Below, piece after piece: positions 28,401 to 36,569 of a DNA stretch of 64,000 bases. Source of the stretch: a virus (Duplodnaviria; Heunggongvirae; Uroviricota; Caudoviricetes); IMG/VR virus record IMGVR_UViG_3300045051_000014. One strand, written 5' to 3'. The notes under the pieces were generated by a model that was given only the letters and a program-made list of their open reading frames with translations, was not told the origin of the DNA and searched no databases. Position 1 is the first letter of the stretch, and each line of letters begins with the position of its first letter. Position numbers and translations under genes: made by a program.

Positions 28401-29508
28401 GGATCCTAACTCGGCAACAGAATTGAGCTTCGACTACTATCTACCTCGCGTAGACAAGTTGGTGCTTTCGAAGAACAAGGAATTCCGCATCATCAAGGGC
28501 GTATCGTCGCCTGCGCCAATTCCGCCAGATGACTCCGAAGACGCAATGACTCTCTACAATATCTACCTTGCGCCATTCGTAGCTTCCTCTGAGGATATCC
28601 GCCTGCGTTACGTCGAGAACCGTCGCTATACCATGAAGGATATCTCGCGCATTGACAAGCGTGTGGAACAGTTGGAATACTACACTTCGCTGAACAACAT
28701 CGAAGGTCTTGCTCTTGCCGACCCTGCGAAGTACGCAGACGGCACGGACAAGACGAAGTATGGTATCATTGGCGAGGGCTTCAAGAACTTCAACATTGCT
28801 GACTACAAGGATCCAGACTTCAACTGCTCTATGGATGAAGGTGAAATGGGTCCATACGTGGGCAACGTTCCGTTCTCCATGAAGCCAATCTCCATGACGG
28901 GTCTACGTCAGCATGATCGTACTCTTACCCTTGAATACACCGAAGAAGTCATGGTCGCACAGCCAGTGACGAGCAACAAGCTTGTCTCCGTGCAGCCATT
29001 CCTCTTCGCTCAGTTCATCGGTGACATTAAGCTGTCTCCTGAAATGGACTATTGGGTATCCGAAGAACTCAAGCCTGACGTTCTACGCGCACCAGAAATT
29101 GATGATCGCATTCGTGCCATCTACAACTCTGAGCGTGCTGCCGAAAGAGCGCGTGAGCCAGTGGCACAGCCTACGGTTCCTACGCCAACCTCGGATGCGT
29201 CGAGCATTATCTCCACTGTTCCGGGTAACAACCCACCGGCAGCGAATAGCTTCTGGAACGTTCCAACGACGACTCCGGTGACACCACCATTGGTTCCATC
29301 TATCTCGTTCACGGCACTGAACAGGAACAGACGCTCGCGTAGCATCTTCGACAACATTCGCTTGCTGTTCCCTGTGGTCAAGAACACGGCTCCTGCGCCA
29401 ATTCCACCGGCACCTAGCTCGGCACTGCCAGTCTACACGGCACCTATTCGTGCTAGCGGTGGTGGCGGCGGCTTCCGCACCGGAATGACTCAAGTGAACA
29501 TGGTATAA
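25498..29508 (+). CDS. Large virion structural protein, VrlC/DUF4815-like N-terminal part
   Basis: FNIEPYNDDF, Y.KILFKPG..VQARELTQIQSILQNQI, ARRTFDESGDY, NRRYTMKDI..I.KR...LEYYTSL. Confidence 0.85.
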   Translation: MEFNIEPYNDDFEQNAKDNNYLKILFKPGFSVQARELTQIQSILQNQIKSFGDHIFQDGSPVIGGNVSLDNSVTYIKLDETYNNEDVELDLFVNQVIVRDSDSLVQAKVLASYFPSGGTPTLMIKYISGVDFSDGDVFRVAGTTTRAKLIDSAASGKGTIASINDGIFYVDGYFVTVTPQTAVVAAYSQNANVKIGLEVTDEIVDYAIDATLLDPAQDSFNYQAPGADRYQFGLTLSTRPLDTAVDESKFFELMRVENGAITKQVKYAIYSEIEKTLARRTFDESGDYTVTPFRASISESQNTENYIINLEPGKAYVKGFEFETIGTVRMEVPKPRTVGIDTRSMVDIDFDTSYGNYLKFKNVWGSNGTNFINITTYDTVDLHCVDAANVNVGVSLAGNTSFYANTKIGTAKIRAIRRDIAAQDGVANVDSNGVFDFYFTDMQIKPRVLVIPTGSTSTTVKLPPLASRVANAYQNTTITVLPISLTPVPNVNTANVYINSTRINANSTINTAPFPGVVSVGQIVRVGDEVREVVNVASNYLLVNSAFTKTVDNGGTAPNVQILVQSTYSSNVTNQVRRIASYDGTTQVATLDRAWDENAVPANNTVIQLNFAVSDLTSFIKPNATFTKANAHANIAVQSLLIDGSTELFEPSDKRLIYPLPQNTIKRGSLNNVDYNSWKYIQATGAAGVFTLSLEAYESIPWTITNSNLEDNLIVVVREASGTYANGTVLKLNSGEVTTGIGSLVVTLPATVGKIDAYVLVKQNNAEDRKRTKTFRSNTALSTAPFNYPLDTGVNADYTVAVPNVGNVAKINLTNGLIFVIDPAVTKIFPGDSISLYVPDVVNIRAILKGNATSVATSTNYEDITEHFAIDLGQTEELYDHAKITLKSGFPSPNAKLTIHCDFYEHTYPAGATYFSVDSYADSIYQAGQIPIYFSEVTGTYFLRDCLDFRPTRRIGVSDGTIDTAILPDPNSATELSFDYYLPRVDKLVLSKNKEFRIIKGVSSPAPIPPDDSEDAMTLYNIYLAPFVASSEDIRLRYVENRRYTMKDISRIDKRVEQLEYYTSLNNIEGLALADPAKYADGTDKTKYGIIGEGFKNFNIADYKDPDFNCSMDEGEMGPYVGNVPFSMKPISMTGLRQHDRTLTLEYTEEVMVAQPVTSNKLVSVQPFLFAQFIGDIKLSPEMDYWVSEELKPDVLRAPEIDDRIRAIYNSERAAERAREPVAQPTVPTPTSDASSIISTVPGNNPPAANSFWNVPTTTPVTPPLVPSISFTALNRNRRSRSIFDNIRLLFPVVKNTAPAPIPPAPSSALPVYTAPIRASGGGGGFRTGMTQVNMV

Positions 29509-29511
29509 ATA
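29504..29511 (+). promoter_or_regulatory. Perfect T4 late promoter TATAAATA
   Basis: Overlaps the stop of the preceding ORF; 29 nt before the next ATG. Confidence 0.8.
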
Positions 29512-29539
29512 AACGGTTCCACAGTAAGGTATAAGCATA

Positions 29540-32500
29540 ATGGCTGACGTAACACAAGCAACAGTGGTAGGCGAATCCACCCTGATTCCGTACATGCGGA
29601 GACAGGACATTGCATTCGATGCAAACAATCTACGCCCTCGCAAGATGGCGCGTATCTTTGTAGACGAAATCGCAATGAACGGCTTTGCTCAGAAGGGCAA
29701 CAAGCTCGTTCTGAACTCTGAGAAGATCCTCACCGTTGTCGCTAACTCTGCTTACACCGTTGCCGTAGGTGACTGGCTCTATCAGGGTTCATCCAATGCC
29801 GCACCGACCTTCTCGGCAAACCTCAAGTCCTATGTCTCGGGAACCGGCACTCTGACCATCAATGGCATGAGCGGCAACTTCGACAGTTCTGCAAAGGTCT
29901 ACATCGAAAAGGCAAACGGAGTCACCACCTTTGAGGCTACGGTCACGAAGGAAGTTAACTCTAATACGTCTGACATTTTCGCAATGTCAGAAGGTCTGAT
30001 CAATGCCAACACCCGCACGTTCATGCGCTGCATCGGATCGTCGGGTGAGAACATCCTGTACGTTTCCGAAAACTTCATCAACATCAACGTCCATGCCATC
30101 GGCGCTAACTCGCTACAGGCAGGCGCATTTACGGAAGGCGACCTCGTATATCAGACCACCGCATCCAATCAGTTCGGCAATGCAGTATTCACCGCAAAGG
30201 TTGAATACTACGATGTGGACACCGGCTCGCTAGCTCTTACGCCTCTTTCTGGCACGATCAATATCGCGGCAGCAACCACTCAGTCCTCGACACTCTGGAA
30301 CTCTTCCAAGGCATCGACTCAGCCGCTTCGTGTGGGTGGCTATAAGCAGGTAGACTTTGCGGCAGGTAATCGTGTTGCCTCGGTGTCTTCACCATCTAAG
30401 AACGTTGCCGTTGTCACCTATGAACATCACTCTGGCGCGATTGCCAACGTATCGGCAAACCTCTCGCAGATTCACCTGAACGCGACCGCTAACACGGTAG
30501 CAGTTGGTAACGTCATCTACGTCACCGCAGGCACCGGCTTGGGTCAGTTCCGTCGCGTCACGGCAATCTCTGGCAAGACGGTCACATTGCACGCCGACCT
30601 CTCGGTTGCTCCTACTTCTAATACCAAATACTCCATCGGCAATTTCGTTGTCGATGAGAATGGTTCGCTCAATGGTATCGTCAACATTCCGGAAGAGCCT
30701 AACTTCAAGTTCAAGACCGGCGAGCGTCTAATCACGATCACCGACGTAGACTATCTGGAATCCGACGACTACACGATGAAGGCATCGGGTCGCTTCGCAT
30801 CTGGTGGATTGCGCAACTCCATGCAGCGTATTAACCTCACTCCGGTCATGCGTCCACTGCCTGAAATTCCACCGGCAATTCCGGTTGTGCCACCACCACC
30901 TACTGCGCGTCCTGTTTCGCCACCGGCACCGGTTACGCCAGTTCCACCTGCGCGTCCAATCTCGCTAATTCCTCGTCGCCCTATTCGCGACCCAATTGCA
31001 CAGACCTTCTGGACTCCAAAGCCAGACACCAACAAGGTCAGCTACGGTGTGTTCGTCACTTCCGTCGAAATCTTCTTCGGTAACAAGCCATCGGTTGCTC
31101 GCGGATCGTTGCAGTTGCCTGTACAGGTCAAGATCGCAGAAGTGGTCAACGGATTCCCTACGCAGAACTTCCTTGCCGAAGCTACGGTCAAGTGCAAGGA
31201 CGTTAAGATTTCCACTGCACCTTCGGTCAACGATCCAGACACGATCACGAAGTTCACCTTCCGTGATCCTGTGTTCCTTGCGCCGGATACTGAGTATGCC
31301 ATTGTGGTTGTCTCTGATTCTCCGGAATACGAGTGCTATGTGGCAGAACTCGGCGGCAACGTGCTTGGCGCAGACCCTCCTCAGAGAATCTCTGAACAGC
31401 CATATGCCGGTTCGTTCTTCCGTTCGCAGAACTCTTCGACTTGGACTCCATACCAGAACGAAGACCTGATGTTCGTGATCAACAAGGCACGCTTCTCGGG
31501 TATGGGTAGCGCATCGTTCCAGTTGAAGGATGTACCTACGTTCGACATGAACGTAGATCGTATGTTCATCAATGCGGATCAGCTATCCTTCCCTGTCTCG
31601 GCAATCGACTTCAAGGTTAAGGGTGTATTCAAGTCCAACTCGGCATTCGATAACTACACTCAGATCAAGCCTCAGACGATTTTCAAGTATGGCGACCTGA
31701 TGGACGCATCCAACAAGGAAACGTCCGGAAGCTTCCTCAACACTCGTAAGCTTGAAACCGGCAACGCCAACTCCGTACAGGTTCTAACTGAACTTGTGAC
31801 GACGGATCCGGACGTTTCGCCAGTGTTCAATATCGAAACACTTGCCGTTGTTCCTGCGGATCATGAGATTAACAATGCCGGTATCTCTAATACGGTCATT
31901 TCGATCACCAATCCGGGTGCAGGCTACAACGCATTCGTGACCTCGGGCAACGCAATTCGCGGTGGTGCTAATACCTCTCAGAATAATGTCGCTCAATTGT
32001 TCCGTGAGACTTATCTCGCCAACAACTTCAACATCGGCTTCTACTACGTCACGGTAGGAACGGATGGCTACGGTTCGGGAGCAGAAGGCTTTGCGGTTGC
32101 CAACACGGACGGATCCAACACGGTCAACTACATCGTGATGACCTCGGAAGGTTCGGGCTACCTCAAGACTCCGACGCTCGCAATTGCCAACGGCAATGCC
32201 GCATCGGGTATGATTCCTGCGTCTGCCGTGGCTCAAGGTGAGAACGGTTCGCGTGGTGGTAACATGGCATGTCGCTACATCACTCGCCAGATCACTCTGG
32301 AAGACGGTTTTGAAGCAGGCGACCTTCGCGTGTTCATGGATGCTGTACGTCCTAACGGTACCGATATCCATGTCTACTACAAGGTGCTTGGATCCGAAGA
32401 TCCCGGTCGCTTCTCGGACAAGACTTGGCAGCTAATGTACAAGGTCAAGGATACGAAGTCCAAGGATGCCCGTCAGGTCATCGAATTGCAGTTCCGTCCC

Positions 32501-32662
32501 GACCTTCTTGAGAATGAACTCAAGTACGTCGAGAACGGTCAGCAGTATCCTATTGGCGGCAAGTTCAAGTATTTCGCCATCAAGGTCTGCCTCACCGCAG
32601 TCGATACCACTGTCGCGCCTTGGGTACAGAACTTGAGAATCATTGCTACTCCGGAAGGCTGA
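29540..32662 (+). CDS. Large virion structural protein, VrlC/DUF4815-like C-terminal part
   Basis: IPYMR, DPIAQTF, GVFVTSV..FF..K, PVFL....EYAIV, GSFF.SQN.STW...Q.EDL.F, FKYFAIK. Confidence 0.82.
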   Translation: MADVTQATVVGESTLIPYMRRQDIAFDANNLRPRKMARIFVDEIAMNGFAQKGNKLVLNSEKILTVVANSAYTVAVGDWLYQGSSNAAPTFSANLKSYVSGTGTLTINGMSGNFDSSAKVYIEKANGVTTFEATVTKEVNSNTSDIFAMSEGLINANTRTFMRCIGSSGENILYVSENFININVHAIGANSLQAGAFTEGDLVYQTTASNQFGNAVFTAKVEYYDVDTGSLALTPLSGTINIAAATTQSSTLWNSSKASTQPLRVGGYKQVDFAAGNRVASVSSPSKNVAVVTYEHHSGAIANVSANLSQIHLNATANTVAVGNVIYVTAGTGLGQFRRVTAISGKTVTLHADLSVAPTSNTKYSIGNFVVDENGSLNGIVNIPEEPNFKFKTGERLITITDVDYLESDDYTMKASGRFASGGLRNSMQRINLTPVMRPLPEIPPAIPVVPPPPTARPVSPPAPVTPVPPARPISLIPRRPIRDPIAQTFWTPKPDTNKVSYGVFVTSVEIFFGNKPSVARGSLQLPVQVKIAEVVNGFPTQNFLAEATVKCKDVKISTAPSVNDPDTITKFTFRDPVFLAPDTEYAIVVVSDSPEYECYVAELGGNVLGADPPQRISEQPYAGSFFRSQNSSTWTPYQNEDLMFVINKARFSGMGSASFQLKDVPTFDMNVDRMFINADQLSFPVSAIDFKVKGVFKSNSAFDNYTQIKPQTIFKYGDLMDASNKETSGSFLNTRKLETGNANSVQVLTELVTTDPDVSPVFNIETLAVVPADHEINNAGISNTVISITNPGAGYNAFVTSGNAIRGGANTSQNNVAQLFRETYLANNFNIGFYYVTVGTDGYGSGAEGFAVANTDGSNTVNYIVMTSEGSGYLKTPTLAIANGNAASGMIPASAVAQGENGSRGGNMACRYITRQITLEDGFEAGDLRVFMDAVRPNGTDIHVYYKVLGSEDPGRFSDKTWQLMYKVKDTKSKDARQVIELQFRPDLLENELKYVENGQQYPIGGKFKYFAIKVCLTAVDTTVAPWVQNLRIIATPEG

Positions 32663-32667
32663 TGCTA

Positions 32668-32880
32668 ATGAAACTTAAAGTTCGTGAGAATGAACGACTG
32701 GTTCGGGACTCGGGCAACCTTGCCATCCTGAATACGGATCGTTCGGTTCTTACGGCTCATGAACAGAAGATGGCAAGGCTTCGCAAGGAGCAGGCTCATG
32801 AGCAAGAGCTAAATAGTCTAAAACGCGATGTGACAGAAATCAAGGATCTGTTGCAACAACTTCTACAACAGAGAAAGTAA
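32668..32880 (+). CDS. Conserved small coiled-coil phage protein following VrlC-like genes
   Basis: KV....LVRD....AILNTD...L...E.K...EL..LK.DV.EIK.LL..LL; alternative start 32662. Confidence 0.7.
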   Translation: MKLKVRENERLVRDSGNLAILNTDRSVLTAHEQKMARLRKEQAHEQELNSLKRDVTEIKDLLQQLLQQRK

Positions 32881-32883
32881 CCC

Positions 32884-35217
32884 ATGACCAGTAGCGTAAA
32901 CGTTTCCACAGTCGTAGTCGCCAATACGTTCGACCAATGGCGCATTCAGACGAATCTTCTCAAAGATGACGTTAACGAAATTGCGCGTGGTGATTTCGTC
33001 AAGCCTACGGGTAACGTGACCCTCACTGTGGGTCGCATCGTTCTTCCTAATGCAACGGGAACCATGTTGGACGTTACCGCAGACGCTCGCGTTTCCGGTA
33101 AGATTTCGGTCAAGAACATCGAACAGGACGGTGGTGCTGCGTATCTCTATTCGGATTCTACGGATATCAAGTTCCGTGCAGGCGACGGTACGTTCCATGC
33201 CAACGGCAACACGCGCACTCGCTTCCTTTACAACAATACGTTCTTCTCCGGAGCCAACGTCAATGCGACAGGCTTCATTGAAACTACCGGAACCTATGCT
33301 AACGGCAACGTGATCATGAACGTGGCAAACGTTCTGGTCGTCCGTTCGGTTGCCAACAGTTCCAACGTCTACATCACAGGCAACGTTCAGGTTTCAAACG
33401 TAGCAACGATTGGCAATGCCCGAATCACTCTGGCAAACACCACTACCGAGAACGTCTTCACGCTCCATGCAAATACGACGGGCGCAACGGCAAACTTTGC
33501 CAACGCATACTTTGCCAACACAAATACGGTCAATGCGGTCATCGGCACAGCCAATGTCCAGACTCGCCTGAACGCAACCTCGGCAAACATCACAACCGCA
33601 AACGTTGCGACACTCAACGTTGCCGCTGCCGGTGCCACCGCAAACTTCGCAAACGTTACACTGGCTAACACGACGACAACCAACGCATCTATCGGTGTGT
33701 TGAATGTGACGACTCGCGAGAACGTGGTTCTGGCTAACATTGTCACGGCAAACATCGGCACGTTGAATGTATCGGGTGATGCACGCATCGCTACGGGCAA
33801 CGTCACGACTCTGAATGTAGTCACCGGTAATATCGGAACTCTATCGGTCACAAGCCTCTCGGTAACGGATCCAATCTCGGCTCCTTCCGAAACGGATTCC
33901 TCCTCCTACCGCCTGCGCGTTTCGCAGTCCACTCGCGGCGACGGTACGTTCGGTGTCTTCCAAGGCACGACGAATGGTAACGCACAGATCGCATTCTCTT
34001 CTACGTCTAATACGTGGCAGGCAACCGCAAACGATCTTGGCGGATCGTCCACTCTCATTACTACTGCAAATGTTAAGTCTACTTACGCCAACGAATCGGC
34101 AAACGTCGGTTCGCTCACGGTGGTCAAGGGTGCGAACGACAATGCTCTCGCAGCTTTTGCCTCTTCGAACGTGGCAGCTAACACGGTACGTGTCTCGGCA
34201 CAGTCTGCATCGACCATTCACAATGCTCAGTTGAACTTCATCAACTCGGCATCCATCAATGTCTCGGTCACGACGGGTGCAACGGGTAACGCAAACATTT
34301 CCTTCACTGCAAACTCTTCGAACCCGGCATTGCTAGGTCCACAGGGTATTCAGGGTACAACTGGCATTCAGGGATCTACGGGTCCACAGGGTATTCAGGG
34401 TGTTCAGGGAACAAAGGGAACGGATGGTATCATCGGTTCTAATGGATCGCAGGGTACGACAGGTGCGCAGGGTGCCACCGGTTCACAAGGAACGACCGGT
34501 GCTAACGGATCGAATGGTTCTCAGGGAACGACCGGTGCGAACGGTTCAGCCGGATCGCAGGGTATTCAGGGTGTGCAGGGAACGACCGGCGCGAACGGAT
34601 CGAATGGTACGCAAGGTGCGACCGGTGCTAACGGATCGAATGGTGCGCAGGGTTCTACCGGTGCCACAGGCTCGACGGGTTCGACGGGTGCGCAAGGTAT
34701 TCAGGGTATCACCGGTACGCAGGGTACGACAGGATCGCAGGGTGTCATCGGTGCTACTGGTCCTTCGACCGCAATTAACGCATCCAACAGTTCGGGTGGT
34801 AACTTCCACCTTGTCGGTGTCTCGTCATTCGGTTCTAACTACACACCTTACATCTACTCAGGCGTAGTCTACATGAACAACGGCGCGGTCTATGCAACAG
34901 ACTTTGCCGCAACCTCGGATGCTCGCCTCAAGAACGTTCTTGGATTTGTGGATGGTGCGAACGAACTTCTCGGTAGAATCAACGGCATTCGATACACATG
35001 GAACTCACTCGGAGAAAGCCTCGGATTCAAGAGTTCACATTCTGAGGGAGTGGAGCTTGGTGTTCTTGCACAGGAAGTCGAAGCAGTTCTTCCAGAAGCC
35101 GTACATACGGATGAGAATGGATACAAGAGAGTTTCGTATGACCGCTTGATTCCTGTTCTGCTTGAGGCAATCAAGGATCTTAATGCTCGTATCAAGGTAC
35201 TGGAAGCAAAAGAGTAA
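32884..35217 (+). CDS. Tail fibre with collagen-like segment and C-terminal S74 intramolecular chaperone
   Basis: N-terminal NTFDQWR..TN; G-X-Q repeats ~34336-34763; TSDARLKN..., GVLAQEVEAVLPEAV, VSYD.LIPVLLEAIKDL. Confidence 0.85.
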   Translation: MTSSVNVSTVVVANTFDQWRIQTNLLKDDVNEIARGDFVKPTGNVTLTVGRIVLPNATGTMLDVTADARVSGKISVKNIEQDGGAAYLYSDSTDIKFRAGDGTFHANGNTRTRFLYNNTFFSGANVNATGFIETTGTYANGNVIMNVANVLVVRSVANSSNVYITGNVQVSNVATIGNARITLANTTTENVFTLHANTTGATANFANAYFANTNTVNAVIGTANVQTRLNATSANITTANVATLNVAAAGATANFANVTLANTTTTNASIGVLNVTTRENVVLANIVTANIGTLNVSGDARIATGNVTTLNVVTGNIGTLSVTSLSVTDPISAPSETDSSSYRLRVSQSTRGDGTFGVFQGTTNGNAQIAFSSTSNTWQATANDLGGSSTLITTANVKSTYANESANVGSLTVVKGANDNALAAFASSNVAANTVRVSAQSASTIHNAQLNFINSASINVSVTTGATGNANISFTANSSNPALLGPQGIQGTTGIQGSTGPQGIQGVQGTKGTDGIIGSNGSQGTTGAQGATGSQGTTGANGSNGSQGTTGANGSAGSQGIQGVQGTTGANGSNGTQGATGANGSNGAQGSTGATGSTGSTGAQGIQGITGTQGTTGSQGVIGATGPSTAINASNSSGGNFHLVGVSSFGSNYTPYIYSGVVYMNNGAVYATDFAATSDARLKNVLGFVDGANELLGRINGIRYTWNSLGESLGFKSSHSEGVELGVLAQEVEAVLPEAVHTDENGYKRVSYDRLIPVLLEAIKDLNARIKVLEAKE

Positions 35218-35223
35218 TCCTGC

Positions 35224-36201
35224 ATGGCAACCGTTACTAATCCTGCATCGCTGAATTCGGTTAAGAGTGTATTTGGTGGACCTAACAATCTCCGTGCGTA
35301 TCTGCGCGGCGGTACGTATGTGTTGGGTATTGCCAACGCATATCCAAACATTGCGGCATCCGGAACACTTCTTCTTTCTGGATTTGCGGGTACGGTGAAG
35401 CCGGTTACGTATCTTCCTGCTAATACAGATTCGACCAACTCCCCACCACCGGGAGTGTCGGCATATGCAGAAATTGAAATCGGTGGAGCTTCCAACACCA
35501 CAGTTAAGTATAATAGTACCGCAACTTGGAGGCTCGCAGGAAATCCCGGCGACTATGAAGTTTACTTTCAGAAGAACAGTGGAACTACTCCTGCGGGATC
35601 AGCCGTTAATACATGGTTGAATCTTGCTACGACTCGTACATGGAGTCTATCACAGGCTCCAACGAATAACAATAAGACCACTTACGGACAATTGTTAATT
35701 CGTATGAGCGCATCACCATTCACAACGCTGAATACCGCAGGCGTATGGATGTACGTGTTCGCTGAATCTAACCAGTGTCCAACGTGCTGCTTCACACCAG
35801 ACACGCTTATCTCCATGGCAGATGGAACCACAAGAGCAATCGTTGCCGTCATGGTGGGCGATTGGATCATGGTCCGTGGTGGAACGAAGCAAGTCACCGA
35901 AGTCATCACACGGACGAATCGGGTCATGTACCAGATTCAGTTCGCAGACGGTCGCATTCTCAATGCCTCGGAAGACCACCCTCTCTACGTGGTGGACAAG
36001 GGCTACGCAGCCATCAACCCCGGTGTCGGTGGAATGTACAAGGACTTGGGCATTCCAGATCAGTTGTACGTGGGCGACCTCGTTCTCGACTCGGAAGGCA
36101 AAGAGAACCAGATTGTGTCTATCACTGAGCTTGACTATCCAGAAACGGTCTACACCTTCGCAGAGAGTGAGTTCTACGCCAACGGTATGCTCGTCTACTA
36201 A
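35224..36201 (+). CDS. Putative fibre-tip protein with C-terminal Hint domain
   Basis: N-terminal SL..VK..FGG.N.L..Y; CPTC-CFTPDTLI.MADG..., SEDHP, VY....FYANGMLV. Confidence 0.75.
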   Translation: MATVTNPASLNSVKSVFGGPNNLRAYLRGGTYVLGIANAYPNIAASGTLLLSGFAGTVKPVTYLPANTDSTNSPPPGVSAYAEIEIGGASNTTVKYNSTATWRLAGNPGDYEVYFQKNSGTTPAGSAVNTWLNLATTRTWSLSQAPTNNNKTTYGQLLIRMSASPFTTLNTAGVWMYVFAESNQCPTCCFTPDTLISMADGTTRAIVAVMVGDWIMVRGGTKQVTEVITRTNRVMYQIQFADGRILNASEDHPLYVVDKGYAAINPGVGGMYKDLGIPDQLYVGDLVLDSEGKENQIVSITELDYPETVYTFAESEFYANGMLVY

Positions 36202-36236
36202 TTCCCTAAATAGGTGGAATCCTCAGAGGAATTTCC

Positions 36237-36569
36237 ATGTACGCAGAACTTACCATTGACCAAGGCACTACGTTTTCGTCCACCATTAACCTCACGAACG
36301 ACGACAACACACCTATCGACTTGACGGGACATTCCTTTTCCTGTCAGGTTCGCAAGTCCTATTACTCGACTAATGCGACAGCCAACATTGCCGTTACGGT
36401 AGAAGGTGCCAATACCGATGGTGTTGTGCGCCTGACCCTAGACTCAGCCAACACTGCTAACATCAAGCCGGGGCGCTATCTATACGACCTTAAGATGACC
36501 GACGAAGCCAATACGGTCATTCGTGTTGTCGAAGGCATCGTCACGATCACGCCACAGGTTAGCAGATAA
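36237..36569 (+). CDS. Conserved phage virion adaptor protein (BppU-like Ig fold)
   Basis: L.IDQGTTF....L...P.DLTG......R..Y.S, G.V.L.L...T..I.PGRY.YD, R..EG.V...P.V. Confidence 0.7.
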   Translation: MYAELTIDQGTTFSSTINLTNDDNTPIDLTGHSFSCQVRKSYYSTNATANIAVTVEGANTDGVVRLTLDSANTANIKPGRYLYDLKMTDEANTVIRVVEGIVTITPQVSR

